Shown here: positions 10,221-20,309 of the stretch, piece after piece
Layout of the letters: each line of letters opens with the position of its first letter
Position numbering within the stretch: position 1 is the first letter of the stretch
Source: Candidatus Moraniibacteriota bacterium
Lineage (GTDB): Bacteria > Patescibacteriota > Minisyncoccia > Moranbacterales > UBA1568
NCBI GenBank assembly: GCA_963743885.1
Contig: CAVURJ010000002.1
Location: 433,706-497,705, forward strand
Reading direction: 5' to 3'
Length of the DNA stretch: 64,000 nucleotides
Program-made: the position numbers and the translations under genes
The notes under the pieces: model-generated
Databases searched by the model: none
The model's input: only the letters and a program-made list of their open reading frames with translations
Told to the model about the DNA's origin: nothing

Positions 10221-11687
10221 CTACAACCACTCCACTGGGAATCGGAAGAACTCCTGTCCGCCCGGGCGCATATGGTATATCCACTTCACTCCGTCAGCTG
10301 TCACGAGGAACTTTGAGCGCTTCCCGTCGTATGCTCCTGGGTTCGCATACGGCATCGTCGGTCCTGGTTCGAGTATGCCGGTGACGAGGTTCAGTATCAT
10401 CGTACGCTTCTGGCTCTCCTTTGCGATGAAGATTTTACGCTCCCCATGCATGAAGGTGGAGGATGCGCCTGTTCCTATCGTCTCGCTCCCCCAGTAGGTC
10501 GTTATGGTCTCAAACGTCGCGAGGCCGAAGTTGTACCGATACAGTGTATTCCCGCCACCTCCGCGCAGGCAATAGAGCCCAAATGGGTCTGAATTGTGCG
10601 GATGGAACGTCATGCACCCGCCTGCTGGTGCTGCTGGGAAAGCCCCAAGAGATGCGCTCCATGCCGCACCGGTAGTCTGAGCAACATCAAGCCGGTAGAG
10701 TGTATTCGACGTGCTACCAGGGTTGTAATAGACGAAATCAGAAGACGGTACGATCTGGAAGACAGACGTGTCATCTGGAGGTGTCGTCCAGTTTCCGGTC
10801 CTGGCGTTTCCAGTGACTGCGGCCGCAAGCGTCAAGGTATCCGTCGTGTTCGACGCAATTCTCCTCCGCTGGCCGATGCCTGTTCCGGACAAGATCACAA
10901 CATCAGAAAAGGCATACTTGTTGGCCGTCCATCCAGCGCCAGTCATCACGAGTGTCGTTGACGATCCGGATGTCGCTGTCCCCTTTGGAGTGATGACGAT
11001 GAACGTATCCCCTGCGGTAGGTGCAGAGCCGAAAGCCGCCACGGTAAGCGTCTTCCCATTAGGTACAGCTGTGATTATCCTCCTCTGCCCGGAGAGCGCC
11101 CCGGATGTAAACTCGATATAGTTTCCGATAAGGCCAGAGAAGAATGTTCCGGTCGTTTCTTTCCCTGAAACATTGTCGATGATCGATGTAGCGGTACACC
11201 CGGAGGCTACTGCTCCATCATCGAGGTTTCCGCTCAGTGTCACGTCATCAGGGAGCACGATATTCGCTCCGTAGTCAGCCACGGCAGGAAGGACGACAGT
11301 GATAGTCGTAAGTGCTCTGGCGGCGCAGGAAACGTTGGCTATAGTGACGGTAGTAGTATTGAGGTTGAATACCTGCCACGACGTCAGACCGGCCCCATGG
11401 ATGATATAGAGGACATTCCTGACGGGGTCATATTCGATATCAAGACCCCTATTCCCGTTAGTAATCGTCGCGAGAGGCGTCCAACCAAGCGTCCACGTGT
11501 CAAAAATATACAAGACGGTCGTTGAGGCGCTCGTGGCTGTCGTACCGTACTGGATAGCCCAATACTGGTATCTTACGCCATCGTATGTGCATGATGTTCC
11601 ATGATACGATGGCCCGGGCATGAAGAAGTCCAGCCACTGCTTGACCACGAAATCGACACCCTTCTTGAAATAATAGTTCACCGACAT
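10221..11687 (-). CDS. Putative receptor-binding/tail protein (Thr/Gly-rich, beta-propeller-like), 488 aa
   Basis: T/G/S-rich repetitive beta-strand composition typical of phage fibre or receptor-binding proteins, in the late-operon context. Confidence 0.4.
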   Translation of the reverse strand: MSVNYYFKKGVDFVVKQWLDFFMPGPSYHGTSCTYDGVRYQYWAIQYGTTATSASTTVLYIFDTWTLGWTPLATITNGNRGLDIEYDPVRNVLYIIHGAGLTSWQVFNLNTTTVTIANVSCAARALTTITVVLPAVADYGANIVLPDDVTLSGNLDDGAVASGCTATSIIDNVSGKETTGTFFSGLIGNYIEFTSGALSGQRRIITAVPNGKTLTVAAFGSAPTAGDTFIVITPKGTATSGSSTTLVMTGAGWTANKYAFSDVVILSGTGIGQRRRIASNTTDTLTLAAAVTGNARTGNWTTPPDDTSVFQIVPSSDFVYYNPGSTSNTLYRLDVAQTTGAAWSASLGAFPAAPAGGCMTFHPHNSDPFGLYCLRGGGGNTLYRYNFGLATFETITTYWGSETIGTGASSTFMHGERKIFIAKESQKRTMILNLVTGILEPGPTMPYANPGAYDGKRSKFLVTADGVKWIYHMRPGGQEFFRFPVEWL

Positions 11688-11697
11688 ATGATTCTTG

Positions 11698-13053
11698 TTA
11701 TGTGATTACCCACTTCTGGCGACGAAGTTCCATGACGATTTCCGAGAACTCCCGCTCCATATCCCTCGTATCGGAGCCTGCTGGAGATCCGGTGCTGTAA
11801 GGGACCGGCTGTGAGTTGTAGCTTCCCCACTGCGGGACCATTGTAAGCGTTCCTGAGACGCGGAGCTGGTCTGAAGTATCCTTCGCATACGGAAGCGCAA
11901 TCTGGATCATTCCGTGCTTCGTAGCGCGCTCTATACCAGCCGTCAGATCAGCCATCTGCTGAACAAGTGCCTGAAGCAGTACCTGGTTCGATACGATACT
12001 GTCTTGCTTCTCCGAGGTAGCCAATCCGGCCGGGAGAGACTCCACGGAAACCGGCTGCGTATCTGCTGGAGTGGTCAACGCCGCGGTATTGGCCTCCAAC
12101 CCGTCTACCGCTGACGAAATAGCATCTAGAACGGTTCTGATACCTTTCAGGCGATCCTGCAGCGTATTGGACGTAGGACTGGCATCAACTTCACCTATAC
12201 GGTCCGACACCTCTTGCGTCTTTGCTTCCAATGTATCGGTATTGAGATTGACGCTGTCTGCAGTAATCTCGAGCTGGTCGGTATTAGCAGCCACCTCTGA
12301 TATGGCGGAAAGGATCGACTGGAGCGTCGCCTCCGTGGCGTCGCCTCCTGACTTTCCGAAGAATCCGGCGCCACCTACTCTGTCGACCGCTACCTTCACG
12401 CGTCCCTGCTCATCGAGCGGGAGATTCAGAGAACCTGATCCGGAAGACTTTCCAATTTCCCTGATAGCATCAATCACCTTCGAAAGGTCAAACTCCGGAA
12501 ACCATTTCGGCTTATTCGGAATATCTACCGTCATCTTGTCCGGAATCTCCACGTGCACGGTGCTTTCCGGGATGATAATCTCCGGCAGCTTTATCTCGGG
12601 AACCTTGATCTCTGGTACCTGGATCTTCGGAAGTTTGATTTCCGGGATGGATACATTCACCTCGATAGGCTCTTCCCGCTTACTTGCTACCTCTTTCCTC
12701 AGGACTCCTATGGCATCGATAAACGCTGTTTTGAGGCGGTCTATGGCCGATATAGTCCCAGAGCCCACCTGTATGCCAACACGGGCCTCCTGGCGCGTTT
12801 TCTTGAGTTCCTCGGTGAGCTTTTCTGACGCTTCCCGCAAATCTTTCCTGGCCCATCTTGATGTGGATACGATAGCCTGGATGATATCCTGGTCATCAAA
12901 ATCAGCCTTCTCCTTCACTATCTTGGACAACGCCGCTATCGCCTTCGGTGCGTCATCCTTTGATCGCAATATTTGAAAAACAAATTGAGCGATAAGATCA
13001 GTATCGCCCTTACTCTGCTGTTTTGCTCTGAGATATTCGTCTCTGTTTTCCAT
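11698..13053 (-). CDS. Phage structural protein with (I/V)PEIK(L/V)P repeats and coiled-coil segments, ~452 aa
   Basis: ORF 11698-13233 trimmed to the internal Met (MENRDEY...) so it does not overlap the upstream gene. Contains IPEIKLPKIQVPEIKVPEIKLPEIIIPE repeats. Confidence 0.4.
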   Translation of the reverse strand: MENRDEYLRAKQQSKGDTDLIAQFVFQILRSKDDAPKAIAALSKIVKEKADFDDQDIIQAIVSTSRWARKDLREASEKLTEELKKTRQEARVGIQVGSGTISAIDRLKTAFIDAIGVLRKEVASKREEPIEVNVSIPEIKLPKIQVPEIKVPEIKLPEIIIPESTVHVEIPDKMTVDIPNKPKWFPEFDLSKVIDAIREIGKSSGSGSLNLPLDEQGRVKVAVDRVGGAGFFGKSGGDATEATLQSILSAISEVAANTDQLEITADSVNLNTDTLEAKTQEVSDRIGEVDASPTSNTLQDRLKGIRTVLDAISSAVDGLEANTAALTTPADTQPVSVESLPAGLATSEKQDSIVSNQVLLQALVQQMADLTAGIERATKHGMIQIALPYAKDTSDQLRVSGTLTMVPQWGSYNSQPVPYSTGSPAGSDTRDMEREFSEIVMELRRQKWVIT

Positions 13054-13132
13054 ATAGTGTTCGCCTTCCCACTCCTGCCGCGATCGACCCACTCGCTTAC
13101 GCGAGCGCGGCATGAGCGGAGAGGCGAATGCC

Positions 13133-13477
13133 TCATTCCGCGGCCTCTTCAGCCAGTTTCGCCTCGATAAGAGCGGCAATAGCCGGATTCGTAGAACCTT
13201 CCGGAACGACGATTCCGAGCTTCTCGCACTCATTGAGAAGGTCAGCCTTCTTCATCTTGCCATAGTCGACAGGCTTCTGATCATCGGCCTTCTCCTCTTC
13301 GAGGATGGAGGCAAAAGCGACAGCCTGCGCTTCTGACAAGTACGAACGGCGCGCCCGGATGAAGGCGATGTCCTCCTTCTTGAGGGAGCTTACACGTACC
13401 TTCACGAGCTTTTCGAAGCGTGCCTGCGAATGCGGGTCCATTCCTTCGCTCGGTGCTTCTTCCATTTTTCGTGCCAT
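13133..13477 (-). CDS. Small acidic protein with HeH/Rho_N-like motif, 114 aa
   Basis: C-terminal ...KMKKADLLNECEKLGIVVPEGSTNPAIAALIEA... resembles HeH/SAP/Rho-N helices common in phage head-associated proteins. Confidence 0.35.
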   Translation of the reverse strand: MARKMEEAPSEGMDPHSQARFEKLVKVRVSSLKKEDIAFIRARRSYLSEAQAVAFASILEEEKADDQKPVDYGKMKKADLLNECEKLGIVVPEGSTNPAIAALIEAKLAEEAAE

Positions 13478-13568
13478 ATGCGCGTTGTTGCGTTAATTAG
13501 AGACTCGCCGACCTTACGAGCCTTATACTACTCCGGAGCATTGTCCGGAGTAGTAAAGACCAACAAGC

Positions 13569-14729
13569 CTAGGCAGACTTGTTGAACTTGGCAAAGAGGC
13601 AGACGCCAGCCTTGCGGCGCTCGTCCGCAACCTTCTCGCCATGGACGAAGAGTCCCTTGACGACGTCGCTGAACGACTCTCTGGAGTTCTCAGACTTGAT
13701 CACGTGCGGATCTTCGATGAAATCGAAGGCGCCAGTGATAAAGGCGCGATGACCACCAACACAGTAGAAACCGTCGGTGTTATCGCCTTCGAACCACTCG
13801 TCAGGAAGCATGTAGACAGTGAAACCGCTGATCTTCCCGATCTCTCCCTTCTCAGTCACCTCGTCGTACACCTTACCGATGCCAGTGCCGAGAGCAGCAG
13901 CCGCGCTGAGGAGCACAGGCTGTGCCGCGAGCGCCGGGAGCGCGATCCAGCGCTTCCCATCGTTCGGGATGCTGAGCTTCGTGAGCATCGCCGAGAGGGT
14001 ATCAAGGTAGAACTTGATAGTGAGCTCGGTAACGGCAAGCACGGTAGCAGCCTGGATCTCGTACGACGCGCCGGCCGAGATGGCACCGCCGGTGTATGCG
14101 GAATCCTTGTCGTCGCTGTCGTCCTCGATAGTGATGGACGTAGCTGACGAATAGGCCTTCACGCGAGACCAGGCGGAATGGCCATCAGCCTTGAACGGCT
14201 TACCGACCATATCTGAGGTGAACGCAGAGCTTGAGCCAGTGACAACACCGGTCGTAGCAGCGACGGCTACGGTACCAGCGACGTGCGACGTACCGAGCCA
14301 GTTGCCAGACGCGGCGCAGTCGTACATCGTCAGGAGCGACTTGTCCATCTCCTCATAGAGCTGGTTCGCTGCCTGGTTGATGAGCTCGCTATCCGGGTTC
14401 TCGACCGCCGACGCGAATGCATCGATGGACGGGATCTCATCGGAGAGCTCAAGCGGCGTATCGACGATAAGCCGCGAGATCACCTCCTCGACAGTCGAGT
14501 AAGTGATGGCACCCTTGCCGGTAGACGACTTCCAGCCGCCGCCCTTGAGGGTGGTGACCACGAACTCCTTGACGGTCTTCGTGATCTTCTTCTTCGCCTT
14601 CGGATCAGACACATTGGCGGCCTCGAAGTCCGAGTTCACCACGTCCACATACATGGACCGGCGAAAGAACTTCTGCAGGGCCCGCGTTTTGTACTTGATC
14701 GAAGTCGAGGTTGTTCCAAAATCGGACAT
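13569..14729 (-). CDS. Putative major capsid protein (HK97-like by context), 386 aa
   Basis: Follows the scaffold-like gene in the terminase-portal-scaffold-capsid order. Size and composition fit a major capsid protein. Confidence 0.5.
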   Translation of the reverse strand: MSDFGTTSTSIKYKTRALQKFFRRSMYVDVVNSDFEAANVSDPKAKKKITKTVKEFVVTTLKGGGWKSSTGKGAITYSTVEEVISRLIVDTPLELSDEIPSIDAFASAVENPDSELINQAANQLYEEMDKSLLTMYDCAASGNWLGTSHVAGTVAVAATTGVVTGSSSAFTSDMVGKPFKADGHSAWSRVKAYSSATSITIEDDSDDKDSAYTGGAISAGASYEIQAATVLAVTELTIKFYLDTLSAMLTKLSIPNDGKRWIALPALAAQPVLLSAAAALGTGIGKVYDEVTEKGEIGKISGFTVYMLPDEWFEGDNTDGFYCVGGHRAFITGAFDFIEDPHVIKSENSRESFSDVVKGLFVHGEKVADERRKAGVCLFAKFNKSA

Positions 14730-14751
14730 ATGACTTCACAATTACGCGGAA

Positions 14752-15741
14752 TTATTCCGGTATTTGCCCTTTACGAACCATTTCTCGGTACTTATCAGGG
14801 TCTTCTTTTGAAATCCGCTCGATTTCATCCCAACTGAGAGTCTTCGGAGCAGATGACTTGTCCGAGCCGGAGATGGCCCCGGATAACGCCGCTCTCCTTT
14901 CGTCCTCGACCTTCTTGGCTTCAATTTCGGCGACCTTCGCCTCGCTCTCTGCCTTGACGCCGGTTACGAGCTCGTATGCTTCTGATAGCTTCTTGCCGCT
15001 CGACACAAGTGCCGCACATGCCTCAGCTACCTTCTTGTCGTACTCAGGCTTGTCTTCCTGGAGATCAGGGTGGGACTCGTATGTATCACGAATGTCCTTG
15101 TTGAAAGCCTCGATACGATCCTCCTCTTGCTTCTGATGAAGCTTATCTTGGGCGCGAGATTCGACGATAACGTCGAGTTCCTCGTCTGGGATGGTGAAGG
15201 GTGTTTTGTCCCCTGGATTCTTGAGCCTACTCTTGAGAGCAAGGAGCTCCTTGAGCTTGGCTTCGCGTTGTTCGTATGGATACTTCGCGATTTCCTGGGC
15301 AAACTCATCGATATTGATGTCGGAAGCAGACTCGTCACCTTCGAGCACTTTGATGTCCCGGTAGAGCTGCGCAATGCGCTTATCTGACCGATACACCTTC
15401 GGACCTTGTACTGGCACCGTTTCCGGCTCCTTACCCTGGTCCGGCTTCGTCTCTCCGGCTTCTGGCTTCTTTCCGTCTTTCCCTTCCCCTTCGTCGCCTT
15501 CCTTCCGCTCCGGCTCTTGCGCGGCCGGCTTGGGTTCCTCTCCAGATTTCTCAGGTTCGGAAGCGGGTTTCTTGTCTTCTGCGGGCTTCGATGCAGGTTG
15601 CGCTCCCTGCTCGAAGTTTTCCTGTCCGACAAGATCCTTGATGCGCGGGTCGACTTCCTCTGACGCGGGAATGACGGGTTCGACCTTTGCTTCTGCGGGC
15701 GGAGTGGCGCCTCCGTCTGGCGTAAGATCCTTGGGATCCAT
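14752..15741 (-). CDS. Putative scaffolding protein (acidic, K/E-rich coiled-coil), 329 aa
   Basis: Highly charged low-complexity coiled-coil protein between the portal-like and capsid-like genes. Confidence 0.45.
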   Translation of the reverse strand: MDPKDLTPDGGATPPAEAKVEPVIPASEEVDPRIKDLVGQENFEQGAQPASKPAEDKKPASEPEKSGEEPKPAAQEPERKEGDEGEGKDGKKPEAGETKPDQGKEPETVPVQGPKVYRSDKRIAQLYRDIKVLEGDESASDINIDEFAQEIAKYPYEQREAKLKELLALKSRLKNPGDKTPFTIPDEELDVIVESRAQDKLHQKQEEDRIEAFNKDIRDTYESHPDLQEDKPEYDKKVAEACAALVSSGKKLSEAYELVTGVKAESEAKVAEIEAKKVEDERRAALSGAISGSDKSSAPKTLSWDEIERISKEDPDKYREMVRKGQIPE

Positions 15742-15837
15742 AAGTTTCGGCCTAATGGTTACGAGTGGGCCGACCTCGTATGCATACGGATCATCTCCTT
15801 GCGGAGAAGTACCCGAGGATGGGGAGTCGATACCCCA

Positions 15838-16236
15838 TTACTCGGAAACTCCTTCTGTTTCTGGTTGCGATGTTTCCTTCTCTTTTTCCTCTTCTGATTT
15901 CTGGTACACTTTCGCGGATGAGGTGCTCTGCGCCCAGGCGATGAGCTTCCTCATGTTCTTGATGCTTTCACTTCGAGCGATATCGATGGCTCCTATGAGT
16001 TCGAGCGAAGTATTTGAGCCAAGCTCTTCCGTATTGACCGGCTCGAGGAGTTCCACGATCATCTCCTCGGCATGCTCTACGATGAGCTGCCAACCTTGCG
16101 TCTGGACGGTCTCTGCCACCATGCATTCTTCTCGATTCTTCCGATCCATGTAGCCCTTCTCGTTGGATACGCGCTCCTTGATAGCCTTATCGCGGCGAGT
16201 CGAGACTTCCCTTATGATTTCTTTTACGTCGCTCAT
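15838..16236 (-). CDS. Hypothetical head-morphogenesis protein, 132 aa
   Basis: Translationally coupled (4-nt overlap) with the portal-like gene. Confidence 0.3.
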   Translation of the reverse strand: MSDVKEIIREVSTRRDKAIKERVSNEKGYMDRKNREECMVAETVQTQGWQLIVEHAEEMIVELLEPVNTEELGSNTSLELIGAIDIARSESIKNMRKLIAWAQSTSSAKVYQKSEEEKEKETSQPETEGVSE

Positions 16237-17996
16237 ATGGTCGGTTCGTTAACGGCTTCCTGCTGCGGCATGATCTCCGCCATCATCTGTTCCATCTGCG
16301 GGTCGACTTGCTCAGCCATAGGCTCAGCTGACGGTCCACCTTCACCTATGCCAGGTACTGATTCCGGGTTGACGGAATCGATGACGATCTTGTCCCAATC
16401 CGGAATCTTCTTGTCGATAGCGATACGCTTCACAACCTCGCCGTAGTCAACCTGCTTCCCTGAGTTCCTGAGGGATTCCTTCATGTCTGGGCTTTCCTCG
16501 ATAAGCTTCAGTATGCCGAGGAGATCTTCGGCTCCGCCGGGAAGCTTCCCAGATGAGCCTTCGTCGACCGTGTACCGGAAAGTACGGTCTTTGAGGAGAT
16601 TGTCGTCAACCTTACCGTTCGCGAAGATAGCGATGTCCTTGTCTTCGAAATTGATGCCGATACGCCTGATTGCATCCGAGATGTTCCTGATGGAAGCTCC
16701 GCCGACGCCGCCACGCTTCACGACCATGGCCATCATCTTGTCGGCCAGGCGCTCATGGAAACGCTCCTGCATGTAGCGGTCCCAGTTGTCGCGCGCGCCT
16801 TCGCGGTTCGCCTGCTGCTTGAGAGCCTCTGGCGTCTTTCCAAACCCAGGATCGACAGACTTTGGGACGGACGTGTCTGTAGTCGCCCCGAGAGACAAGA
16901 GGTTTCCCTTGACGATTCCGTAGGTGCTCTGGAAGGTCTCAGTGCCCTTCGGAGATACATTCGCGAACTTGATGCCTTCTACCTTGCCATCCTTCACGAA
17001 CCAGTTCTTGCTTGAGCCTCGGATGATGGATGACATGACGACATCCTCCGGATCCATGATCGCCGGCGGATTGATGGAAATAGCCACGGAATCGAGATAC
17101 ATCCGGATGAGCGTATCGATGGTCTTCTGCGACGTTTCGCCGCGCTCGTAGTCAGAAAGCCCCCAGTACCGGTCCAGGAGTGGGATAGTCTGCTTGTCGA
17201 CAATCGGGATGCCAGGGTTCCATTCCCTCTCATCGATGATGGTAATTCCAGTCACCTTGTCGATAAGCTTCCAGTCACCGTTCGAATCGAAGACATGGAC
17301 GAGCCAGAGACCCTTCTTGGTCTGCAGCGCGCGCCGCTCCTCGATAGTCATCATGAGAGAATCAGTATTCGGAATGGATGGGTTTCCGCCACTGTACTCA
17401 GCGAGAACTTTTTTTCCACCTTCTCCCCATATCTCTGGGAAGTTCTTCACTCTGTCAGCAAGCCATTTTATTGTTGGGAATGCGTCAACAAAGAGTCGGT
17501 CCATATCGTCGATGACGTACTTCCCCGGCTGCGGCTTGAAACGGCGCGGATGGATAAGCACTGATCCAGGGCCCTTATATGCGTCCGTCTGGATCCAATC
17601 GACGAAAACCGGCATCGTTCCGTATACGTTCGAAAAGACGTTGACCATGCGCTCCTTGGTCAGGAAATCCCCTCCCTGACGGTCGTTCGGTATGATATGT
17701 TCGTGGAATACGAGGTTCGCCGCGATGATGCTGGCGATATCATTCTCGTCGTCCAAGTGGAAGCGTCCGCTGAAAAGCTGGGCCATGATACGGCAGGACT
17801 TGTCGATGACGAGACCCTGCAGCTCTCCGGAGGAATACACCGACTTGGTGTTTTCGCGCTTATCCTTGTATCTGTGATAAAAAAGGCTTTCCCGGTCATC
17901 CCAGGTAAACCCGCTGTCAGCAACATCCTTCACCGCCTTCTCCGCTTCGGAGTATTCCTGAAGAATATCGTCGGATATTTTTTCGCCTACTGGCAT
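16233..17996 (-). CDS. Putative portal protein, ~587 aa
   Basis: Large ORF immediately downstream of the terminase large subunit. Start moved to MPVGEK (ATG 17996) because the annotated N-terminus MRGDLVGRFF is a translation of the repeat/terminator element. Confidence 0.5.
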   Translation of the reverse strand: MPVGEKISDDILQEYSEAEKAVKDVADSGFTWDDRESLFYHRYKDKRENTKSVYSSGELQGLVIDKSCRIMAQLFSGRFHLDDENDIASIIAANLVFHEHIIPNDRQGGDFLTKERMVNVFSNVYGTMPVFVDWIQTDAYKGPGSVLIHPRRFKPQPGKYVIDDMDRLFVDAFPTIKWLADRVKNFPEIWGEGGKKVLAEYSGGNPSIPNTDSLMMTIEERRALQTKKGLWLVHVFDSNGDWKLIDKVTGITIIDEREWNPGIPIVDKQTIPLLDRYWGLSDYERGETSQKTIDTLIRMYLDSVAISINPPAIMDPEDVVMSSIIRGSSKNWFVKDGKVEGIKFANVSPKGTETFQSTYGIVKGNLLSLGATTDTSVPKSVDPGFGKTPEALKQQANREGARDNWDRYMQERFHERLADKMMAMVVKRGGVGGASIRNISDAIRRIGINFEDKDIAIFANGKVDDNLLKDRTFRYTVDEGSSGKLPGGAEDLLGILKLIEESPDMKESLRNSGKQVDYGEVVKRIAIDKKIPDWDKIVIDSVNPESVPGIGEGGPSAEPMAEQVDPQMEQMMAEIMPQQEAVNEPTI

Positions 17997-18003
17997 AGAA
18001 AAA

Positions 18004-18059
18004 CAAAAAAAGCGGCCTACCAGGTCGCCGCGCATTGGCGCTTGCCTGATAGGTCGCTT
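18004..18059 (-). repeat. Conserved intercistronic element, copy 3 (hairpin + U-run conserved, body diverged)
   Basis: Same AAAAAAAGCGGCCTACCAGGTCGCCGCGCATTGGCGCTTGCCTGATAGGTCGCTT core as copies 1 and 2. U-run + 8 nt + ATG of the portal gene. Confidence 0.6.
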
Positions 18060-18123
18060 CGCTCTCGGTGCGTTTTTCTATGCCGCGTGAGAGTATCGAT
18101 CTACGCTGTCATGATAGCATGTA

Positions 18124-18492
18124 TCATGATTTTGCGCAAGGATTATTTCCAGCAATACTTCCTAATGGAATCTCTTTCCCATTGATGCGTACATGGAGGT
18201 TGATACCGGTAATCATTTTACCCTTTCGGTATATAGCCACCTTCCCAGGCTCATTCTGAAAATATGCGATGCTGAAACCACAGGATTTGATGATGAGGCG
18301 CTTCACGAGTTCGCTCGACGTCCGGAAATACAGGCTCCGGCGACGAGGAAACATCATGAGCGCTTTCATGATCATGGCATCAATTTCCTCGGCGTACCTC
18401 TTGGCGAGCTTCATGTACACCAGAGGACTTTCGACTGGGTCATTGACGATGACTTCATCAAGCGACTTGGCTAGATATCGTTCTTTTTCCAT
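18124..18492 (-). CDS. Hypothetical protein, 122 aa
   Basis: ORF between terminase and portal genes. No recognisable motifs. Confidence 0.3.
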   Translation of the reverse strand: MEKERYLAKSLDEVIVNDPVESPLVYMKLAKRYAEEIDAMIMKALMMFPRRRSLYFRTSSELVKRLIIKSCGFSIAYFQNEPGKVAIYRKGKMITGINLHVRINGKEIPLGSIAGNNPCAKS

Positions 18493-18513
18493 AGACTTAT
18501 AATTAATGGCTTA

Positions 18514-20226
18514 TTAAAGAGAAAACTCTTCTGGTTGCTTGAAATTGTCCCATTGTTTGTAGTCCTTCTTTTTCGTTGTGACTGGTGGAGAAACTCGGTT
18601 GAAAAGTTGGACTGTTCCAAAAAATGACATGACTCTGTCATCATGAGCCCCCCTGTCAGCCTCTGGCTTTCCAGTTCGTTCATTGATGATAAACGTGAAC
18701 ATCTCCTCGATGGTCTCCTTGTCGTAGATTGTGAACGACTTCGATTCGATGGAGTTTCTTCCATCTCCGCACATGATCGGACGGGTTGTCTTATTTGTAT
18801 CCCATCCAAGCTTCTTCTCCTTCTCGTCCTCTTCCTCTTCTTTGTCATCATCCTTTTTCTCTTCGTCTCCACCCGATTTTCCATACCCTATTTTTGGCAT
18901 CACGAAGATATTGAACTTTCCTGACCTGTTCAGTGAAGACAGTCGCTCCATCTCGCTTCCGCCACCGTTGTTGCGCTCGAAGGCGACAGTGGGCGGAACG
19001 CCCGTGATATCGTAGATCTTCTCAAGAATCGGGAATATATCTTCCGTCATGTTGGCTGCCACCCCATGCCTATGGTGCATAAGAGGAAAATCAAGCTTAT
19101 TCCTCGATAGGAACTTCACGTGGTTTGCATCAGAACCGCCCTGTGAACAGTCAGCGAATACTAAGAAAAACTCGCCCTTCTCGATAGGACGGTACTGCTT
19201 GAGCATTGGGTCGGACGGATACATGAGATCCTCCTTCATTGGCTCTATGGTGTTCGAAAGATACTTGTTGAGTATATTTACATCGAAATAGCAGCTTCCG
19301 GAAGACAGAAACGCCTCTCGATCCTCGAACGGGTATTCTCGGACCATCTTCGCTCTTTCCGTTGGCTTGAGCTTAGACTCGATCTTCTTGATGTACCAAT
19401 AGATCTGCTCTCTGGTAAGCCCAAACCGCTTGCGCTTCGCCTCCCATTCGGCTTGGATGATATATCCGTCTGGAACAGGGCGGCTATACTCCGGGTTCTC
19501 AAACCACGGGAAGAATCTCGACCTGAAATCGCCAAGCCCTTCTTTGCCTGCGAAATACTCCTCAGGCCAAAATCCTATCCTAGACTCACCTGTTGATTCA
19601 CGGAATATCTTCCCGATTCCATCAGCCACCTGCTGCTCGGCACCAATGACAAGATCCCTCGAATTGAGCACTGGAGTATTCGGGTAGAATCCACACTCCG
19701 ACCAGTGGATATTCTGAAGCGTTCCGCCGCGTCCAAGAGTCTTCGCTCCAGCTGTTCCGACGAATAACTCCGACCCTCGGAAGCCTTCGATATACGACAC
19801 CTTGTTGTCGGTTTTAAGAAATGCCTTCCTGTCTATGTTTGCCTTTTGCAAAAAGGAATCGATGAATAGGTCGACTCGCCTAAAGAGCGGCTTCGTGTCT
19901 GCTTCCTTGTGCGATATGATCTGACCACCTACCGCCGGTATATGTCCGAGCTCGGCCATAATGAAGTCAGCAGTCAGTATGGCATCGATAATCGACGAGA
20001 ATCCCTCCTGTCGCGCCTTGAGGTCGTTTTCGCGTATTCCCTGCATGTCTGGATATTCTTCCGTTAGGATGTCGTAATACCTGTTTTGTACGCCATTAAA
20101 TATGAACGGTATCTCTTCGCCCTTCTTGTTTCTGATGCGGAAATTGTCCTGGATGAACCTTCTATAATCGATTTTTGGCATAGTCGTTGATTTACGAAAT
20201 ATAGGTTTCGGTCCCTCGCCGGACAT
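18514..20226 (-). CDS. terL: Terminase large subunit, 570 aa
   Basis: N-terminal ATPase region (..GGTLQNIHWSECGFYPN..) and C-terminal nuclease-like region (..FADCSQGGSDANHV..), with an acidic K/D/E insertion. Follows the small-subunit gene. Confidence 0.8.
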   Translation of the reverse strand: MSGEGPKPIFRKSTTMPKIDYRRFIQDNFRIRNKKGEEIPFIFNGVQNRYYDILTEEYPDMQGIRENDLKARQEGFSSIIDAILTADFIMAELGHIPAVGGQIISHKEADTKPLFRRVDLFIDSFLQKANIDRKAFLKTDNKVSYIEGFRGSELFVGTAGAKTLGRGGTLQNIHWSECGFYPNTPVLNSRDLVIGAEQQVADGIGKIFRESTGESRIGFWPEEYFAGKEGLGDFRSRFFPWFENPEYSRPVPDGYIIQAEWEAKRKRFGLTREQIYWYIKKIESKLKPTERAKMVREYPFEDREAFLSSGSCYFDVNILNKYLSNTIEPMKEDLMYPSDPMLKQYRPIEKGEFFLVFADCSQGGSDANHVKFLSRNKLDFPLMHHRHGVAANMTEDIFPILEKIYDITGVPPTVAFERNNGGGSEMERLSSLNRSGKFNIFVMPKIGYGKSGGDEEKKDDDKEEEEDEKEKKLGWDTNKTTRPIMCGDGRNSIESKSFTIYDKETIEEMFTFIINERTGKPEADRGAHDDRVMSFFGTVQLFNRVSPPVTTKKKDYKQWDNFKQPEEFSL

Positions 20227-20309
20227 TATCGATTATCTGATTGAATTGCACTGCGGCGACTGCTTTAGGATCTTCTGATGAGTAGGCTCCGCGTATCTTT
20301 AAGAGCTTA

